Shown: in pieces, positions 62,463 through 64,000 of the stretch
Layout: every line of letters starts with the position of its first letter
How positions within the stretch are numbered: position 1 is the stretch's first letter
DNA from: Anaerolineae bacterium
GTDB taxonomy: Bacteria; Chloroflexota; Anaerolineae; S140-20
Direction: 5' to 3'
Assembly: GCA_027021705.1 (NCBI GenBank)
Contig: JALUTT010000020.1
Location: forward strand, 591 to 64,590
Length of the DNA: 64,000 nucleotides
The notes under the pieces: generated by a model
What the model saw: the letters and a program-made list of their open reading frames with translations, nothing else
What the model was told of the DNA's origin: nothing
Database searches by the model: none
Made by a program: the position numbers and the translations under genes

Positions 62463-62891
62463 ATGAGAGACCTAGAGTTTACTTTCAACTGGCCCGGTCT
62501 TATCGAAGCGGTTGCCTTCGAGCCCGGTGATGAGCCGGAAGCGCTGTTCACCGAAGGATACCGCTCAGTGTGGGTAAGCGACCTGATGATTGACTATGAC
62601 CCTCGCACAGGTCGTCCCTACTGTTTTATGAGCCTGAACTTTGACAAGTCCTACCCACTGGTCATCTGGGCTCTGAAAATGCATGTGCACGAGCGGTTCA
62701 ACGTGCCCCAAGCTGGCCTGACCAACGTTCCGCTGCACGTGGCCTTTAGCTGGGCATACTACCATTTCATCCTGGAAGATGGTGCCCGGCTACCTCAGCC
62801 TTTCACTGTTGTTCAGATTGATCCGCAGGACTACACTCAGGTAGCGCTGGGATATGCGCTGACCACAACCGCCGAAAAGCCCCCTCAGTAG
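62463..62891 (+). CDS. Hypothetical protein (lower GC than flanks)
   Basis: ORF with AAGGTGAG RBS; no motif recognised. Confidence 0.55.
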   Translation: MRDLEFTFNWPGLIEAVAFEPGDEPEALFTEGYRSVWVSDLMIDYDPRTGRPYCFMSLNFDKSYPLVIWALKMHVHERFNVPQAGLTNVPLHVAFSWAYYHFILEDGARLPQPFTVVQIDPQDYTQVALGYALTTTAEKPPQ

Positions 62892-64000
62892 ACGAACTCT
62901 CGGATGTCGTAGGTGGAGATGCGCGGCCGGCCGTCGGTGAAGCGCAGGCCGGCCACGATCGCCGCCCGTTGGGCCTCCATCTCCTCCTCGGTCAGCGGGA
63001 CGATGCCTGCCTCCTGAGCCAGTCGGTGGTAGGGGAGCGTGGGGTGGTCCACGAACTCGCTGAAGTAGAGGAGGTCCCCCGGCCCCAGTTCCATCGCGTT
63101 GACGACGCGGATTGTGTCCTCCACGTGGCCCCGGCTGAATTGCTGCCCCCCCACCCCCAGCATCACGATGACGCTGACGGCGACACCGCCGGCCTTGATG
63201 TGGCGCACCGCCTCCAGCGCGTCCTCGGCGCTGCCCGGCTTGCGCAGCCAGGCGAGCAGCGGGTCGTGCCCGCTCTCCAGCCCGATGTAGACCCGCCGCA
63301 GCCCCATCGCTGCCAGCCGGGCGTAGTCCTGGGGCCGCTTCTTGCGACCGGAGAAGCCATCCAGAAAGGCGTAGATCCCCTGGAAGCGGTGAGAGGCCAC
63401 AGCGTGGGGCAACTCCCCTCGCTGGTGGGAGGCCACGGCGCGGGGCAACTCCCCTCGCCGATGGGACCCCGCCAGGGGGAGCATCTCGCCGACGATCTGG
63501 AACAGTTCCACCAGGCGCGGCTGGGGGATCACCAGGGCGTTGGCGTCGGCCAGGAAGATGGTGCGGCGCAGGGGAAGGCCCTCTCCCAGGAAGTCGAGGG
63601 CGGCCCGGATGTGGTCCCGCACTTCGCCGGGGCCCTTGATGCGAAAGGGGCGCTCCTTGTAGAAGCCGCAGAAAGTACAGGTGTTGAAGGAGCAGCCCTC
63701 GGTGATCTGGACGACGAAGGCCAGGTACTGGTCAGGGGGGAGGATGCCCACCGGCTTGTAGATCCGGTGGTAGCGTTGCGCGTCTTCTTGGGCGGCTTGG
63801 GCACCGAAAGCGATGGCCCGGGCCAGTTGACGGCGCAGGTCTGTCTCCTCGTCGGAAGAGGCCTCCAGGGAGAGGTCGGCGGTGCGCCGGCGGAGCAGGG
63901 CGGCGATCCTGTCGAGCAGGCCATCGCGCTCGGCCGGGGGGAGCCAGCGGCGCCGGCGCCGCCCTCCCTCCCGCCGCTTCTCCAGCACCCGGTTGTCCAG
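62885..64000 (-). CDS. Radical SAM protein (coproporphyrinogen oxidase-like family), 5'-partial
   Basis: GCSFNTCTFC, IFLADANAL, VYIGLESG; start probably lies beyond the window. Confidence 0.85.
   Translation of the reverse strand: MDNRVLEKRREGGRRRRRWLPPAERDGLLDRIAALLRRRTADLSLEASSDEETDLRRQLARAIAFGAQAAQEDAQRYHRIYKPVGILPPDQYLAFVVQITEGCSFNTCTFCGFYKERPFRIKGPGEVRDHIRAALDFLGEGLPLRRTIFLADANALVIPQPRLVELFQIVGEMLPLAGSHRRGELPRAVASHQRGELPHAVASHRFQGIYAFLDGFSGRKKRPQDYARLAAMGLRRVYIGLESGHDPLLAWLRKPGSAEDALEAVRHIKAGGVAVSVIVMLGVGGQQFSRGHVEDTIRVVNAMELGPGDLLYFSEFVDHPTLPYHRLAQEAGIVPLTEEEMEAQRAAIVAGLRFTDGRPRISTYDIREFVY

Overview
GC-rich bacterial chromosome segment, most likely Chloroflexota (Anaerolineae-like). 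This is inferred from C-terminal [YF]LP(V/I)VxR surface-protein tails, a GT39 protein and heptamer/REP repeats. Housekeeping genes: gyrB (with a 560-aa LAGLIDADG+HTH intein), greA, two aminotransferases, tRNA-Val(TAC), thrC, recD2, coaBC and a DUF1998 helicase carrying an HNH insert. Three accessory blocks lie among them. (i) A REC-REC-kinase / toroid-kinase / STAND-NTPase-wHTH triad (12.7-18.8 kb). (ii) A ~16 kb Pel-like polysaccharide operon with a degenerate HD-GYP protein, a STAS/RsbW partner switch, a split GT4 and a large adhesin-like protein (22.5-38.4 kb). (iii) A transposase-less TnpB at the end of a three-gene unit, whose ~850-nt leader holds two paralogous, self-promoted ~80-nt antisense RNA candidates, matching target boxes and terminators (52.4-55.7 kb). 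Also present: a REPIN/MITE-like family with CCCTCCCGCAGG inverted ends (5 dispersed copies plus a 4x107-bp tandem) and many 7-8-mer tandem repeats at co-directional gene junctions. All calls come from reading motifs by eye; no database searches were run.
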